Positions 4,416-6,244 of a stretch of DNA of 6,244 bases are shown here, piece after piece. The stretch is from a virus: the IMG/VR virus record IMGVR_UViG_3300045988_028382, positions 1 to 6,244 of that record; one strand, 5' to 3'. Positions within the stretch are counted from its first letter, which is position 1, and each line of letters starts with the position of its first letter. The position numbers and the translations under genes are program-made. The notes beneath the pieces are model-generated. The model saw only the letters and a list, made by a program, of their open reading frames with translations. It had not been told where the DNA came from and did not search any database.

Positions 4416-5570
4416 CTAATAACCGATACCATTAGAACCGTTATAAATAGTAGTGTTACGAGGACCGTAATCATTACGGAAAATCTGAGCACCGGGGCGC
4501 ATAGCTCCAATTACATTACCAGCACCTTGAAAAATACGAGATGTATAATCAATAGCATTACGAATACCGTAAGAATCAAAGTCTTTTTTAGCATTACCGG
4601 CAGACCACTTATAATAATCACGTAAGGCTTTATCCTTAGAATACTGCATATTTTTACGATTATTAACATTCTTATAATCCCAGAGAGAATCATAATACTG
4701 TGTATAATAAGCCATATTCGTAGCAGAAATTAGAGCATCAGCAGTGCCAGAAGCAATTTTGTTAGAAATTTTCTGACCTTGTGCCTGAGCAGCTAGCAGA
4801 ACAGCACGCTGGATTTCAGTTTGAACCTGTTTTTCAGTCAAAGCACCTTGTTGAACAAGGTTATAAAGATACTGGGCTTTTGTAAACAAATCCGCTTGTT
4901 GTTTAGCATCCATATACTTATTCAGTATAGCTTGAGCGTCAGACTGCAAATAAACTTGAGTAGTTTGAGCGGCAGAAAGCTTACCAGCAGTAACAGCATT
5001 CTCCAATTGCTGGCGCTCCATAGATTGGTCTAATTCGGCAGAGATACGACCCGTTTCTTTATTCCAGTAACCAGACTGGCCGACACCAATATTTTTATAA
5101 TTAGTATCACCTAAAATCCTATTTACTAAATAAGGAGTAAGAGTATCTATCTGTCTAGATTCAGAAAGAGCCTTTTTGGCTTGAGCAAACGAAGACAAAG
5201 CCGTGTCAACAGAAGAAAAATCAAAGTGAGGGGCTTGCATGGAAGGAGTAGAAACAGAACCAGCCTGAGCTCCAGTAGGGACAGAGGCACCAGTACCCGA
5301 AGCGTTTTGAGTAAACGGGTTTAAACCGCGAGAAATCATAGCCTCAGGAGAATTATACTCATTCTGTTTATTCCACATTTTCTCCTGCCAATCACGAGTT
5401 TTTTGAGCTTCCTGTCGCTGAAAGGAACGATTCAGTTGGGCTTGACGCTCATTAGCGTCATTAGTGTCAGCAGTAGCAAAAGCATTACCAATAGCGCTAA
5501 ACAAACTACCAATAAAATGATGCTCATTCCTAGGAGAGAGCATGCTCTCTCCAATCTCTAGAAACCTCAT
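4416..5570 (-). CDS. VP2: Minor capsid / DNA pilot protein VP2 (phiX174 gpH analogue), 384 aa.
   Basis: The ATG at 5568-5570 forms an ATGA overlap with the upstream ORF stop at 5567-5569. There is an N-terminal small-residue hydrophobic segment, IGSLFSAIGNAF. This is followed by WQEKMWNKQNEYNSPEAMISRGLNP (aa 61-85). That matches the W..(E/R)MWN.QN.YN(S/T)P..Q(M)..R...AGLNP block I recall as the hallmark of Microviridae VP2. The rest is Q/A-rich and probably helical. An alternative start is Met10. Confidence 0.88.
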   Translation of the reverse strand: MRFLEIGESMLSPRNEHHFIGSLFSAIGNAFATADTNDANERQAQLNRSFQRQEAQKTRDWQEKMWNKQNEYNSPEAMISRGLNPFTQNASGTGASVPTGAQAGSVSTPSMQAPHFDFSSVDTALSSFAQAKKALSESRQIDTLTPYLVNRILGDTNYKNIGVGQSGYWNKETGRISAELDQSMERQQLENAVTAGKLSAAQTTQVYLQSDAQAILNKYMDAKQQADLFTKAQYLYNLVQQGALTEKQVQTEIQRAVLLAAQAQGQKISNKIASGTADALISATNMAYYTQYYDSLWDYKNVNNRKNMQYSKDKALRDYYKWSAGNAKKDFDSYGIRNAIDYTSRIFQGAGNVIGAMRPGAQIFRNDYGPRNTTIYNGSNGIGY

Positions 5571-6010
5571 TGCGCACTAGCGGCAGGGGCGGAATCCGTA
5601 GACGGCGCTGCCTGTTCCTCTGCCAGCATAGCCTCAGCATATGCAGTCAATTCAGATTTCTCATTAGCCAGTTGACGCAATACAGCCTGACGTTCAGACA
5701 TAGTTTGACAATGACGAGAAATAACACAGTTAAAACGTTCCTCATCCGTCATCTGGTCCATAGTGGTAGATTGAGTAGGATGCATCTGAGCCAAAATATT
5801 ATTCACATTCATATCACCAAGCAAACGACGATATTTTTCTTGATTCAGCAGAATCTGAGTCATATCGCATTGAATCAAATCACCGTCAGGAGTTTCATCA
5901 TACATAACAGAGTCATAAACAGAAGCCTGATAACACGGATTACCTTCCTCTAATTCAGGAACGTACGTGTCTTTTTCAAAAATATCATTTTTATAAGCAA
6001 AATTTCTCAT
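5567..6010 (-). CDS. Putative internal scaffolding protein (VP3-like), 147 aa from ATG 6008-6010. The ORF track extends it to a TTG at 6017-6019.
   Basis: Its size (about 150 aa), acidic composition, Ala/Ser/Pro-rich tail and position between VP1 and VP2 fit a gokushovirus-type VP3. I did not recognise a diagnostic motif, so the functional call rests on position and size only. The track start at 6017-6019 is plus 'caa', which is TTG; the first ATG is 6008-6010. Confidence 0.6.
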   Translation of the reverse strand: MRNFAYKNDIFEKDTYVPELEEGNPCYQASVYDSVMYDETPDGDLIQCDMTQILLNQEKYRRLLGDMNVNNILAQMHPTQSTTMDQMTDEERFNCVISRHCQTMSERQAVLRQLANEKSELTAYAEAMLAEEQAAPSTDSAPAASAQ

Positions 6011-6021
6011 AACAAGCAAAT

Positions 6022-6244
6022 TTAATAAGGTAAACCATTTCTATCCAAATTCTGAACAGCATAAACCTGGAAATTAACATTACACAACAACTGGTCATAA
6101 GCCACGGAACAGTTCTGACCTGAAACTTGAGGCTCAAAAATAGAGTTCAATTGCTGAGGACGAACTTTCATAGATTTATACGACCAAGAACCAGCAGAGG
6201 TAAGGACAGACCATCCATCTATAGGAGCACACCAAGACTGGTAA
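6022..6244 (-). CDS. VP1: Major capsid protein VP1, C-terminal part. 6022-6189 is unique sequence and 6190-6244 duplicates 1-55.
   Basis: Triplets from 6022 upward contain no minus-strand stop. The TAA stop is at 6022-6024 (plus 'tta'). Joining 1566..1 to 6189..6022 gives 1566+168 = 1734 nt, which is 577 aa plus a stop, exactly in frame. The C-terminus reads ...GSWSYKSMKVRPQQLNSIFEPQVSGQNCSVAYDQLLCNVNFQVYAVQNLDRNGLPY*. Confidence 0.9.
   Translation of the reverse strand, partial: YQSWCAPIDGWSVLTSAGSWSYKSMKVRPQQLNSIFEPQVSGQNCSVAYDQLLCNVNFQVYAVQNLDRNGLPY
6190..6244. repeat. Terminal direct repeat, copy 2 (circular-assembly overlap).
   Basis: Exact 55-nt match to 1-55. Reading-frame continuity of VP1 across the join indicates a circular molecule of 6189 nt. 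Confidence 0.97.

Noticed and set aside
4511-4693. 60-aa nested minus-strand ORF inside VP2.
   Set aside because: It is a short alternative-frame ORF with an Ile/Leu/Val-rich composition of the same compositional origin, and nothing supports it.

Overview
This window is a complete, circularly permuted genome of a small ssDNA phage of the family Microviridae. It is of the VP1/VP2/VP3/VP4 type (gokushovirus- or alpavirus-like), not phiX-like. Positions 1-55 are repeated exactly at 6190-6244, so the unit genome is 6189 nt. The major capsid gene reads in frame across that junction. All credible genes are on the minus strand. In transcription order they are VP1 major capsid (1566->1, then 6189->6022), a 147-150 aa putative scaffold protein, the VP2 pilot protein, and a 409-nt ORF-free region. 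These are followed by a 64-aa ORF, an overlapping small hydrophobic ORF, a 101-aa peptidase M15-like protein and a 614-aa HUH Rep (VP4). Genes are packed tightly, with ATGA overlaps and gaps of 2-20 nt. The exception is 4007-4415, which has an AT-rich arm and a roughly 300-nt GC-enriched, hairpin-dense core. That core is the main unexplained element; it may be a structured RNA, an ssDNA origin or a recombination site. The second point of interest is a possible membrane-peptide plus peptidoglycan-peptidase lysis module, which would be atypical for this family. I saw no tRNA, rRNA, CRISPR array, integrase or transposase. All family assignments come from motifs read by eye in the translations; no database search was possible.
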